Source: Dimorphilus gyrociliatus
Lineage: Eukaryota > Animalia > Annelida
Length of the DNA stretch: 50,709 nucleotides
NCBI GenBank assembly: GCA_904063045.1
Contig: CAJFCJ010000082.1
Coordinates: 1-50,709 of the forward strand
Direction: 5' to 3'
In this document: positions 26,278-38,059 of the stretch, piece after piece
Layout of the letters: each line of letters opens with the position of its first letter
Numbering within the stretch: the first letter of the stretch is position 1
Program-made: the position numbers and the translations under genes
Notes under the pieces: model-generated
The model's database searches: none
Told to the model about the DNA's origin: nothing
Seen by the model: the letters and a program-made list of their open reading frames with translations, nothing else

Positions 26278-27020
26278 ATGTAACTCTATTCAACAGTAAA
26301 TACGATTGATTGAATTTCTAATATAATGAAAGTATTTATAATCACTTTTTATAATACTTTGACAAACTATGAAACTGGTAAGGACGGAATGGTCACAATT
26401 CCTTTCGTGAAACATTCCATTTTTAAAATCCATAGCACTGTTGCATTTAAAGATATAATAGATTTATATAGGCTTAATGAGAGAGCACTTACATGCCCTT
26501 AGATCTTTTATATTCATTATAGACTAGATGAAAGCATTTCTCTCCAAAACTGTATTCGTCTCTTCTGTACAAACTATATTATTTAAAAAAAAGTAAACCG
26601 GAAGTGGAAAATATTAGGAAAGAGAAGATATTTTAAATAATACGCTAAATTAAAAGATAATAAATCAATTGGTTGATTTTTCAATGTTGTAATACTAAGA
26701 GAATTTACTGGAGATTTTTGAATATTAAATGCTGAAATATTAAAATAGCAAATAGAGGAAGAACAGAAGCTAAAAATCAGGAATATTTTACTTTGTTCCA
26801 ATGTAAACATTGTATAATTTAAGTCATTTCTAACAATCTTAAGGATAAATATAGCAGTTTGAAAATTGGCTGGAGAAAAGACTTGTAAATTCTTCTCTTC
26901 GCAAAATCTTCTCCACTTTTTATGAGTAATGATTTTTTCCCTCGTGAATAGATAGTTATCGATAATTGGAGAGAGAATGGCATTTCAAATTTAACATTAA
27001 ACCCTATACTAAACAGGGAA

Positions 27021-27918
27021 TCAAAACCCAATGTTATAACTACTGTTTTTATAATGTATAGCTGTGAAACCATAACAATATTGTGTTGTACATCTGCTAA
27101 AATTACTTTTGAATTGCGCAATAGCATTTCCGGTATTGCAAATGAATTTTTTTGTTTCGAAATCAAAAAATAGTCCTTCACAATCGCCAAAATGACATAA
27201 TAAAATATACAAAATCATCTTTTCAACAAGGAAAGAAGAGAAATGTTAATGGAAGAGAGATTTAAGTTATTACTGACATGACTCAACTGATTGTATATTT
27301 AATGTAACAATACTCCTGTCTATTCCATATACAGCTACAAAATCTTGTATAGTTTCCTTTTCCATATACCTCACACGAGGTATAACGAAACTTTTTTCAG
27401 TGCGCATGCGCTTAAGATGAGGAAATAAATACTTTTTTTTTAAGTGTGCATATTTGTAAACAGCTCTATCAAACAGTAACAATATAATTATATTTGCCAC
27501 AGATACGGGAATTTTATTTCGCTATCCTTAACTCTAACTTATTTCGTGTGTGGTAGGTATTGTCCGCCAGATGGAGCTTTCCCTTTCAATTACCCTTTCT
27601 GGCGAAATTTACTTATATTCCTAGACTGACTATACAAGATTGCTTGGTAGTAATAATTGTTTATTGGATATACAATAGGTGTCACCACAGTACAAACATC
27701 GGAAACGACTGTACAAAAAGTGAGTTTTAATTCTTTAAGATGATGTACATTTGGCGCGAACAATCATCTCAAAATTTCGTCCACCAGTTTGGCTATATTC
27801 GAAATAATTGATATTTAAATCGCCATATCCTTCCACGTAATAAATTCTACGGAGCTGTGGAGGGTTTCTCGTGCTAGCAGTGAAAATTCCAACACGAGTA
27901 TCAAAGGAACTTGACAAG

Positions 27919-27949
<31 letters not shown>

Positions 27950-30154
27950 GTTTAAAAAAACTTATTAAAACTAAAAAAAGAACCGGAAATAGAACAATAC
28001 CTGTTTATAGTTGATTTTCCAGAAAATTGAATACTTTTCAATCCCTTTGTAAATGTAAGAGCGTCGTAATCGGTTCGAGTAAATTTTTTCAAATTGAATG
28101 ATAAAAATTCAAATTCAATTTCCTATGTGAATATTCAAAAAAAAAAGAAAAATTTTAATTTCAATAAAAAGAATGACACTACTCACTAAATTGCTGTTGG
28201 TTGTAGAAAAAGAAATTGAACACCATTTCTTATCACTACTATTTGGAACTGATATCGTAAAACTATTCATATTACAATACATTTGAACAGTTACTTTTTG
28301 CCAGTTGCAATCGATATGTCTAACAACTGGAAAAGTTGTTGGAATTGTTGGAATTGCAGTTGTAGTCTTTTCTGTTGTTTTATATTGTAAATTATCACAA
28401 ACGAAATAAGTCGTTAATCGAAATCCGGAATATTCTCTATCCTTATCAGTGTTCAAATTTACTTTGATAGTTTTATTACTTTTAATAAAATACGTCCAAT
28501 TCAAGTTTACTTTACTTCTATATCTATGATTTCTTATAGAACTGTTTCCTCTATTACCAATAACTGAATGACAAACATGAAAAATAATTGTTGTAAATAA
28601 CAACAAAATATGGTTTTTTTTTCTTACATTGTTCACCGCAAAAACTATAAATTTGCTTCGATTCGTCTATGATTCTTACTCGATCGTATAAACATATGCT
28701 GTTCAATTCGAGATGCATAGATTTAAATTTGAAATATATGACCTAGATAAAAAATAAGATTTTATTGTATTATATCAAATTAATAATGTATATAAGTGAC
28801 AAACATTTACCCCATTTTTCCCTTTTGGAGGTTTCAAGTATACTCGACAATTAGTTAAAGGTAAATATGGATTTTGCGATACGATATCGTAATCTTTTCT
28901 ATTACAATCGAAATTGATTTCAGAATTTGATTTTCCACTGCAAAGAATGACGTCATTGTCAGGTTTGGGTAATTTTGTTGACAAATGTATTGTAGGAGTA
29001 TTTGTTTCTTTAGCATCAGTAACATTGCTTCCATTTTTTACAGATGTACTGCCCTTGGCAGTACTCAAACCATTGTTAGTGGGACGAATTATCGTTTCCT
29101 CTTTACTAGTACTACTACTAATTGTAGTTAGTCCTACCCCATTATTGTTATTTGCAGTTGTTATTTGTATTCCACCAACATTAGAGTTGTTCTCACTTCG
29201 AAAATTTAATTTCAATGTAAAACCGGAAGTTATAGAATTTTTCCCACTTTTAAAATGGACGACTAAAGCGCCATTTGGTTTAATTTTATATTTTTTGTTT
29301 AATATCGGTTGATTGAGTCTATTTTTAAAAAATTCAGTATTATCCACAGAATTTCCTATTTCGAGGAATTACAGTATATTCATTGATAATGCCAATTAGA
29401 AATTGTTAGATAAGAAAGCCACATACCTTTATTTAGGCCTATCCCACAGAAATTTATTCTTCCGCTATCATCGGATATTGTTAGATAGTCGTAAAAGCAA
29501 TTTCTTGAATATTCAACATTGAATTCTTTAAATGTCAATTCTATAAACTGAATTATAGGTATTATAAAGATAGAGATTAGGATAATCCTAATTCTAACGC
29601 TAATCCCTGGATATTTTTCAAAATACAAACCCCGCCAATTGTTTCGTCAATATTCAAGATTATTAAACAATAATGATTAATCGGATAATCTGTTGGATTA
29701 TTCTTCGAATGGAGTAAATAATCCATATTAGTATTGAATTTTTGATTTAAAGTGACCTGACCAGAGCATTCTATTCTCTCTGAAAAAGTAAAAATGGTGT
29801 GTTTTTTTTATCATTTTCGCTATTCGAATCTCTTACTTTCTGTAATATTTCTCTGATTTTCTTTTTCCAATAAATCTATAAATTTGATAAATTGATAATA
29901 TTGTAAAAATACGAAAATGAGAAGACAATCTTAATACCAATAAATTTGTTCACTCTGTCCATAAGATCCATTTTTAGACCTTTAACTCTACTTGAATAAA
30001 AGCTTCTGCTGCATACATTAATTCTTATTGAAAAAGAGAATAGGAACCACTTTAAATAAAAAAAAGAAGAGTGTGAATTGTAGCTTGTATTTATGTAACT
30101 AATTTGAAAAATTACCAGAATAAGGAGGCAACTTTTAAGTGGAATTTTTACCAT
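27021..30154 (-). CDS. Signal peptide plus multiple CUB domains with Thr-rich linkers (multi-exon); may be the 5' part of LGR receptor 2
   Basis: ATG at 30154 (MVKIPLKSCLLILVIF). CUB motifs DYPINHYC, IELTFKEFNVEYSRNCFYDYLTI..FCG, VVHFKSG..ITSGFTLKL, FKSMHLELNSICLYDRVRI..FCG, TDKDREYSGFRL and GNAIAQFKSNFS..GFTAIHY. Confidence 0.7.
27916..27948 (+). repeat. (AAG)11 microsatellite; forms a (CTT)n pyrimidine tract before a minus-strand acceptor
   Basis: Counted directly from the sequence. Confidence 0.95.
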
Positions 30155-30480
30155 ATTTTCTTGTCACAAACTCTCTCTCTCTCTTCTCTCTCTGTCTCTC
30201 TATATTTATATACCATTTTGCTCTTCAATAGGATTATATCTTGTATTCCTTTTTTTTGTTAAAAACACCAATTTTTGCAATAGAATTTTTTCATTGTGTA
30301 GGCAAGACAAAACAACCTACGCAGTTTTTGCTGATTGTTGAACAATAATAATAGTATTATTAAACAAAATACAGCAATTCTCGGTTGGCTTGTCTTAAGT
30401 AATCAGTGAAGTGTTCTATGTTTTGAACACATCTTCGTATCTATAGATAAAGAAAGTTTGTTATATTTTCAAACAATAAC

Positions 30481-31517
30481 ATCTTGGCAGGTCTTCAAGA
30501 TCTGGTCATCAAAAGACAGCTTTAAAAGATCAAAATAGAGAAGCAGTTCACTGGCTTATCATGGAAGATCAAACCACATCTCAGAGAGCAATTGCCAAAA
30601 ATTTAGATATTGGTCAAGAGGCTTTTGTGAAGATGATTAAGGAGCTGGGGTACAGAAAAATTTGTGCTAAATGGATCCCCTATGATCTTAATCAGGGTCA
30701 AAAGAGGTAAGGGTGAGCCATTGCATTGAACTGCTTGATAGATATATGGCAGAAAAAGAAGCATTTTTGGAAAAAATAGTAATTGGAGATGAATCTTGGG
30801 TTTATCTCTATGATCCTGAATCAACGAGATTCCCTAACCTACGAACACACATCATCTCTACTCAAAACTAAAAATGACCAAATCAGCTGAAAAATGGGTG
30901 TATACAGTTTTTTGGGACTGCTCAGGATTAATACATGATGAATTTATGGATTATGGTGAAACAGTATGTGGAGATGCTAAAGATATTAAAGAGGAGACTA
31001 AATAGGATAAGGACTGGAAAACAGATTATTTTACAGCATGATAATGCCAGGCCCCATACCAGTCTGTACACAACTGATTTCATCAGAAATTAGGGATTGT
31101 CTGTCTGTCTCCATCGCCCATACAGCTCTGATTTGGCCCATCTGATTTTTACCTCTTTGGATGACTGAAAGATCATATCAAGGGAAATGATTACAATGAG
31201 CTAAAATAAAGACATTAGGGAATTTTTGAGGAGAAAATTTTATTGGAACAGGATAGATCTACTTCCATCCAAATGGCAGACATGTATAAACAATGAGGGG
31301 GGAGACTATTAAAGAATAAAACAGATAATTTTTACAGAGTAGACTATAGGCTATAATATAAAAATATATATAATAAGTTACATATTAGGCCCATATACAG
31401 GCCCAGAAGCAAAAATGAAGGCCAAATTTCCTATTTCTTGGTGCTGTTAAATTCTCTTGTAAACAAAATTTTTTTCTTTGGCCAAATGGTACATGTTTGA
31501 GGGTGAGCTGTCCTGAC
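30481..31517 (+). mobile_element. mariner (DD34D) transposon, copy 2, 5'-truncated transposase pseudogene
   Basis: ICAKWIP, IVIGDESWVYLYDPES, VFWDCSGLIH, LQHDNARPH and HRPYSSDLAPSD, with 34 residues between the second and third Asp. It contains stops and frameshifts and shares its 3' region with copy 1 up to gagggtga.ctgt.ctgac. Confidence 0.9.
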
Positions 31518-31596
31518 CCCCCACCTAATCCCTTTCTGTTTTGTGGCTTTTACTTCTAAACAAGGAAGTTCAAACAATGATATATGTGTTTGAAAC

Positions 31597-31937
31597 TGTA
31601 GCCATTGGTTTTATAGCATAATTTTTTATTAAACTAATGATGAGGACTCTTTCCTTATATTGGGTATCTTTTGATACTCTTTAGCTGGTGGCTAAATAAA
31701 TGTTCTTAAGTGATTAAAGTAAAACTAATGTAGTTCTATAGTTAATGCTAAATTCGTTGCATTTGTTTGCAAGAATTTTATATGTTCATGTGCATACATG
31801 CATCACAGCATATATGTATAATAGAATTGTGCATACCCAGCGCTCAATGCTATTGTTAAGTATTCATATTAAATAGCATTGAATTAAGTCTATGGTTTTC
31901 TAAAAGAGCATCTATATTGAACTGAAGTGCACAAACA
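31597..31937 (-). mobile_element. Putative 3' LTR (TGT...ACA, about 340 bp) preceded by a polypurine tract
   Basis: On the minus strand the ORF stop TGA overlaps GAAGGAGTGGGA (31949-31938), immediately followed by TGTTTGTG. It contains TATAAAA, AATAAA and a caatgctatt/aatagcattg hairpin. The right boundary at ggctACA (31597) is the best guess. Confidence 0.6.
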
Positions 31938-31947
31938 TCCCACTCCT

Positions 31948-32810
31948 TCAAGACCTTGCTTCCACAAAAGGTTTAGGGTTTGTAACAATTACTGAGTTGC
32001 CTTTCTTTGTGAATGTGGGATAAATTTGTAGTGGTACAGATTCTGGTTCAATTTCTAAGCTTGCTGGGTTGCCCTTTTTCCTTTGAAGCAATTGATAGAA
32101 TTTTCTGATAATCATTGTCTTCCAATCCTTTTTGTGAGCTATGTATAAAAGTATGCCAATGGATGTTGTTATTATTATTGGCAGAAGGAAATTGATTTGT
32201 GTTCTGAGATGGGTCTTTGCCCAAGAAGAGAATAAATGATCCTTTGCTGACATTGTTGAATCAATTCCCAATTTATTTGCATAGGTAATATGTTTATCAT
32301 GCTGGGTAAGTGTATCCTGGATAAAATCCAAAACTTGAAGGAACTGTTGATGCTTTTTTCCAACATCTTCCCTTATTCTAAGTTGTAATAAATCGGTTAA
32401 TCTTGCTACTTCCAGTTGGGGTTCTTCTATTTCATTGTTTATCTTCATTCTGAAAGATTGTGCAGGAGCAGTTTGAAATTTGCATCCATCCCTTGTATAG
32501 TATATAAAGGTTTTCTTTCCTGAATATTTTGCATGTCTATTCTTTTCTTCATCTAGTGGATTTTTCTTGATTATGAAGAGATGTTGTGCTTGATCACATT
32601 CTCCATATCTAATATCTTCCTTTGTTATATGGTGTGCATGGTTAAGTATTGGATCAATTGAGAATCGGAGGCTGTACTTTCCTGCTGAGGTTGTAGGTAA
32701 GTACTGGTCCAAATAGAACCAAATCAGAAGTAAGCCACTTAGAAGAGAGATGTAGAATTGAGGGAGGATGAATATAGAACCAAAACATAAGAATAATATA
32801 ACTGTATTCT
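31948..32810 (-). CDS. Env-like type I membrane protein ORF at the 3' end of an LTR element; no in-frame ATG
   Basis: The frame is open upstream of the listed TTG start and gives a signal-like ISLLSGLLLIWFYLDQYLPTTSA, an ectodomain with two Cys, a heptad-like EVARLTDLLQLRI..FLQVLDFIQDTL, a TM INFLLPIIITTSIGILLYIA and a basic tail. It ends at PPT + TGT. The nearest ATG (about 32788) is one base out of frame. Confidence 0.55.
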
Positions 32811-33107
32811 AAAGTAATACTAAACCTGTTCACTAAGGGAGTTGATTCAGGACTGAATGCCTGTTACTGCCTACGCCCTGCTTTTATACAATTCCTTATC
32901 AGTTGTTTATGCCTTAGCTGTCAACAACAAGGGTCTAACCCTAGATAAGGATTGTTCACAACAAACAGGGTCAAGGGTTATCAAATTATGCAATAGTGAT
33001 GTAAACAACAACAACTTTGTGTAGGTTACCCGTCAAGGGTCAATTCTTACATCATATTTATGTAAATAACCACTTTTTGTTGTTGTCAACATGTTTGTTA
33101 TGTAACA
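32751..33107 (-). promoter_or_regulatory. LTR-like segment or internal promoter with TATA box and initiator facing the env-like ORF
   Basis: Begins TGTTACA after the purine-rich aggcaaaggataaga. TATAAAAG at 32888-32881, CATTCAGT about 25 nt downstream, and a possible end at ctACA (32751). No similarity to the LTR at 31597-31937 and no target-site duplication. Confidence 0.45.
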
Positions 33108-34169
33108 TCTTATCCTTTGCCTATGAAAGGGGTTGATTCTGGCAGTTGGGTACCATCTACCCAAGAGGCAACATCTACTTCAACACTTCTACCATATAGT
33201 AAGTATCATTTATAAAATATCTATAAACTATAGTTCATAAGTGTACATTGTGTTCTTTTGGTTCATTGATGTTTTCTTTCTCTTTAAGGACATTTTCTGT
33301 TGCATCTACTGATATGGAATGTGTTGAAAGAGGAGAGAATAAATGGTACAATTGGAATGATTTGAAATTACTCGTTTCCTTTAGCTTACCACAATGAAAA
33401 TTGTCTAATCATATTCTATTGAAAGATGTTTAAGCACACAATGTTCAATTAACAATAAAATAGTAAGTACAGTCACTGTGAACATTACTTTTTATATTTA
33501 TGTAATAATTATAAATTGGGGGATCAACAGAAAACAGACCCAATTGGGACAAAAAGTGGACACAAAATTTTTTAATGTAAAATGCAAGTAAATATAATGG
33601 AATAAGGTAATTTAAGGTTTTTTTTAATAGTAATTAGTAAATGATTGGATAAAAAGTAACATTAAATTTTCTATCTGTTTTTCCCAAAAGATTGAATATT
33701 TTGGATAATAAGTTAAAGAAACTAAAAGGAAATTTTTGCCAAAATTCTACTATATTTTTTAGATGCAAGAAAGAGATTAATAAGCTAAAGCAAGGTTTTT
33801 CTGCTTATTCAGTGAACTTAATAAGTGAAAGGAAACTGCAAAAAAACAGTTTTAATCTTTGAGAGATACAGTATAGTCTGTAACTTTGTTGTAATGTCAG
33901 TTACATTTCATGCAATTCCAGAAGTTTGCTTGTATTAATAATTACAATAATAATAAGAATTTTTGGGAAATCTGAAGTAGTGTTTTACCTTTTTTCCTAC
34001 CATCTGATACCATACCTTTTTTTTAGAATAGGGCTGGGTTTTACCCTGAGTTTTGCTTGTCTCTAAAAATTAAGCCTAAAACCTCTAAAAATTCTCTTGC
34101 TATAATCATATAATCATTCAAGATGTTCATTAATTAGAAATATATTTTTTTAAACAAACATAAATAGAA

Positions 34170-37100
34170 TTAGCAATAATTTTTTCTCTTTTGCAAGATT
34201 TTCCTTGTTAGTTCCCCCAATGAATAAATGTTTTTCTTTGCATTGTCCTTGTCCAACCTGGCAAATTCTTTCCATTTTATGAAATATTTCTGTTCTTTAC
34301 TCTGAAAAGTAGGTTGTAATCTAACCGATAGAGTATTATTACCAGCTGGATGGTCGCTTTTATGTTGAATACTTAAGCATTTATTACCAATATTTCTTAA
34401 TAGCTTTGATTTAATTAGTGCAACTTTTCCAATAGTAATGTTATAATCTGTCACAGCTAAAGAGCAAGGGTTTGAAGAACCTTTATGGAAATGTGAAATT
34501 AATTTGTTTTGAAAATTGTTAACTTTTTTTTTTTTTTTTTATTTACATTTGTTACTAAATTTTGTTCTTGACCAAACAAAATCTGGATCTCCTATGTCAA
34601 AATTCTCATAGAAGCAATATCCATTTTCAAAATTACAATTATAGCCATCTGAGCAAAAAAAAAAAATTTTTTTTCTATTTTGACAACCATTCTGTTTGTT
34701 TAAAAGCAAAACAATTAAAGACAATAATACAAAACCATTTTTTTGACAGTGTCCAGGAAGAATTTGAATATCTTTAAGTAAATTGTTTGGGAATGTAATT
34801 CTGCTACTGGCCCAATCAAATCTCAACTTGAACTGTTAAAAAAAGAATTAATTGACCTCCTAGGTAAATCTGTACTCTATGAAATTTTTTTACTTGAATT
34901 ATATTCTCAGAAATTTCAAATTTAAAAATAGTAGTATTGCAATCTTGAAAGTGTTTTAATCTGTTTTCAACAATAGTTTACACCAGTGATTTTAGAACAA
35001 AATAATTTACTTAATAAAATTCTTATCATCATCATGATCACCATCTCCTACTCTTCTTACTAAGAAATCAACAGATTTAAATGATGGTCCAATAAATTTA
35101 ATACATTTTGTTTGATTTTGATAATCCAGAATTGGAGAGGTTAAATTATGATTTCCATAATAATAGGCATATTCATTTGAAACTTGAAGATATTTGAAAT
35201 TTTTACTGTATAAATAAAGATAAAAATGATAGATAAAAAAAAAATGATGTTATTTTTTAATATATGATGATCATACAATGTTTATTGAAATATAGATGAT
35301 AATTAGTCATCAGGGGATTATCAATTGTAAAATCGCAAAAATACTTATTCAAACAATTTGATGGTAAATCTAACAGCAACAAAAAAAAAATGACAAGACT
35401 AAATTTAAAAATGGCTGCCAAATGGATAAAGAAATTGTATATTATTTTACAATTACCAGACTTTGAAGTGATACTTTTACCATTAGTTAGAGCAATTTCA
35501 TCAAACATCATAAAATCGGTATAAAATCCTGACTTGTAACGAAATATTTTAAAAATTATCTAAAAGAAAGAGAAAGAAGAAGTGAATGAATATTAAATTG
35601 TTTTTTTTGTTATTATTTGTACCTTTACAGAAGAATTCGAATAGGAATTTATTCCTGTTATAGCATAACCATTCCATTGTAAACTGTTACCTTTATCAAC
35701 AATATTAAATGCTACATCTCCAAGTTGTTTTTGTTCACCCTTTGAATTTTCAATGAATATCTAAGAGAAAAAAAAAATGATGTTTTTTCACTAATCAACC
35801 AAAATCAAATTTAAACTAAACTGAAATGAAATCATGTATTCTGGCAATTATTGAAAAAGTTATGCAGAAATCTTTTTCAACATTTTCTATAAATGGAGTT
35901 TTAACAATAAAAAATCTTTCAAATTTTGAATTTAGTTCTAATTTGCCGACATAACCTATAAAAAGAATTTTTTTTTTCACTTCTACATCATTTGTTTTAA
36001 TACTCACAAATAGGATATTCTAAGATATTGTCTTTTTGATAAGAGCCTGTAGTTTCTAATGGAACAGTCCTTATCATATTACAAGTATCCAATAAAAAAT
36101 TGCAATAGAATTGATAATTCGATGGAGTTTTTTGAAATGGAAAATGTTTCCAATAAAATCTAGAAAATGTTTGTCTACAAAAATTTTCATTATTTTCCAA
36201 ATAAACAGTTTTGTTAGTTTGCCAAACATTTCCAACTGATATTGTCATTATATTCATTCTATCTAACACGTATTTTTTCTCAGGCTCATCGTTAAATTGA
36301 TAAATAGTATTTTCAATTTCATACTTTTCAATTTGTTTCTTGATTGGTTCTGATATTGTTTGAATATGTAAATTAAACTTTGCCAAAATCTTATCATTAT
36401 ATTTCTCGAAATTGAGATTATTTATTAATTGTACTGAATGGTAAGAATCAATTTCAAATGATTTTTGAAAAAAATATGAAATAGCTCCTTTATAAATTTC
36501 AAATATTTCTGAATTGTTATTTGTCATTTGATTATTAAAAGTTCTATCAATTTTCAAATTGATATTTATAAATAATTTTTAATTTTATAATTCCTTTGAT
36601 TAGAATTCTTATTTTCTAAGGATTCAAGAATTGAAATTTAATACAAACAATAACAATTAAAAAAAAACAAAGAAAATTTATGACACCTGAGAAAATGTGT
36701 GAGGTTTTGTTAAATTGATAAAAATCATATTCCATTGATAATTATTAAATTCTGTTGTTTTTGTTATTTTTGTAATTTCACCATGATCATCATTTTCAGA
36801 TTGTAAATAAATTGAAAAATAACTTTTAGAATGATAACTACTTTGAAAAATTAAACAGAAATGTTTGCCATCTATTTTGATGTTTGGTATTTCAAATATA
36901 GAATATTGTGTTTTAGAATTAAATTTTGTATTCTTCTGCATTGTAAGATAATAGTTTGGTTTACCTGAAATTAATTAATTAACTGATTCATTTCTATTGG
37001 AAAAATTTATTCCTAAAAAGTTTACTTACATAGGCCATTTTGTTTTTGCATTTTCCTTGTCCAATCAAAGCCAGTTTCTGTTAGGGAATTATTTTCATTT

Positions 37101-37347
37101 CTGGGTTGAAATTGCAGTAGACAGAAATATTATATGGTCTCTCTCTAAATGGAAAATATTTTCTATAGAAATTAGAAACTGTTGGCTTACAGAAATTTTC
37201 TGTTACAAAATTCAATTCATTAATTGAGTAGTGTTTTTTAATTCTCCAAATATCTTTGACAGTCAGTTGAATATGAAATTTGTTTTTATAAAAATGTAAT
37301 TCTTTCAAAGATTGGTCAAAAAATTTTTGAATATAAATAATTTCCAA
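34170..37347 (-). pseudogene. Multi-MAM-domain extracellular protein exons (partial, at least one frame disruption)
   Basis: MAM motifs CNFENGYC...FVWSR, ALIKSKLL..KCLSI, LTSPILDY..KCIKF, GNSLQW, MMFDEIALTNG, LKDIQILPGHC and HFCLIFQ..FSIYL..QWN. An internal repeat links 37081-37230 and 36100-36220 (ENFC...F..K.FPF...P.N...YCNF). Stops occur near 35000. Confidence 0.55.
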
Positions 37348-37589
37348 TGGTTGCTTTTCTAATTTTTCATTGACAATATTAATATGAAAAGTAGAGAAGA
37401 TACTTTCGGGAGAAAATTTAAATTTATTACTTGCTGTAATTTTATCAGCTTTGAACTTTTCTCATATTGCCAAGATTTCCTTTTAAATTCTTTAACAAGT
37501 CTTTTTTTGACATCTTACAATTTTTCTCTCATTTAATAATTTTTCATAAATAGAAATTAGGTCAGCTTCTCCTTTTAGTTCATCAACAA

Positions 37590-37913
37590 CTAACTAAAAT
37601 GACAAGTTTGAACCATATTTTTATTTAATCTATGATGAAAACCCTCTAAATCATTGTTAGTTTTTATTGCGTGGTTGAAGACAGACCAAGTCTCTGGAGG
37701 CCAAAAGCTACTTTTAATCCAGTTGTCTTCAATATATTCCATCAAATCAACAAGTTTATTTCTATCCAGTAAGTCATATTTTATGTTGTTGAATTGATTT
37801 GCAATCAAAGTATGAGGGAGGTAGGGTAAAGCCAAAGTCATTTTCATCAATTTCCATTCTCCTTCTTTCTTTTTAAATTCTGAACTGTAGCCCAGATCCT
37901 TTAAATCAAACAA
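37590..37913 (-). mobile_element. MULE transposase C-terminal fragment
   Basis: MTLALPYLP...LMEYIEDNWIKSSFWPPETWSVFNHAIKTNNDLEGFHHRLN. Confidence 0.8.
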
Positions 37914-38059
37914 TAAAGTTAGATTACATTTTTACAGGGTTAGTTGGGTGCGTTGTCTACACATAGGTATAATGGTATATCTATAATTAGATGTTAGATA
38001 CAAAGGAACTTTAGAACTGGTAAAAGATACATGTCAAAGTTGTTTTTATCTAAGACATC

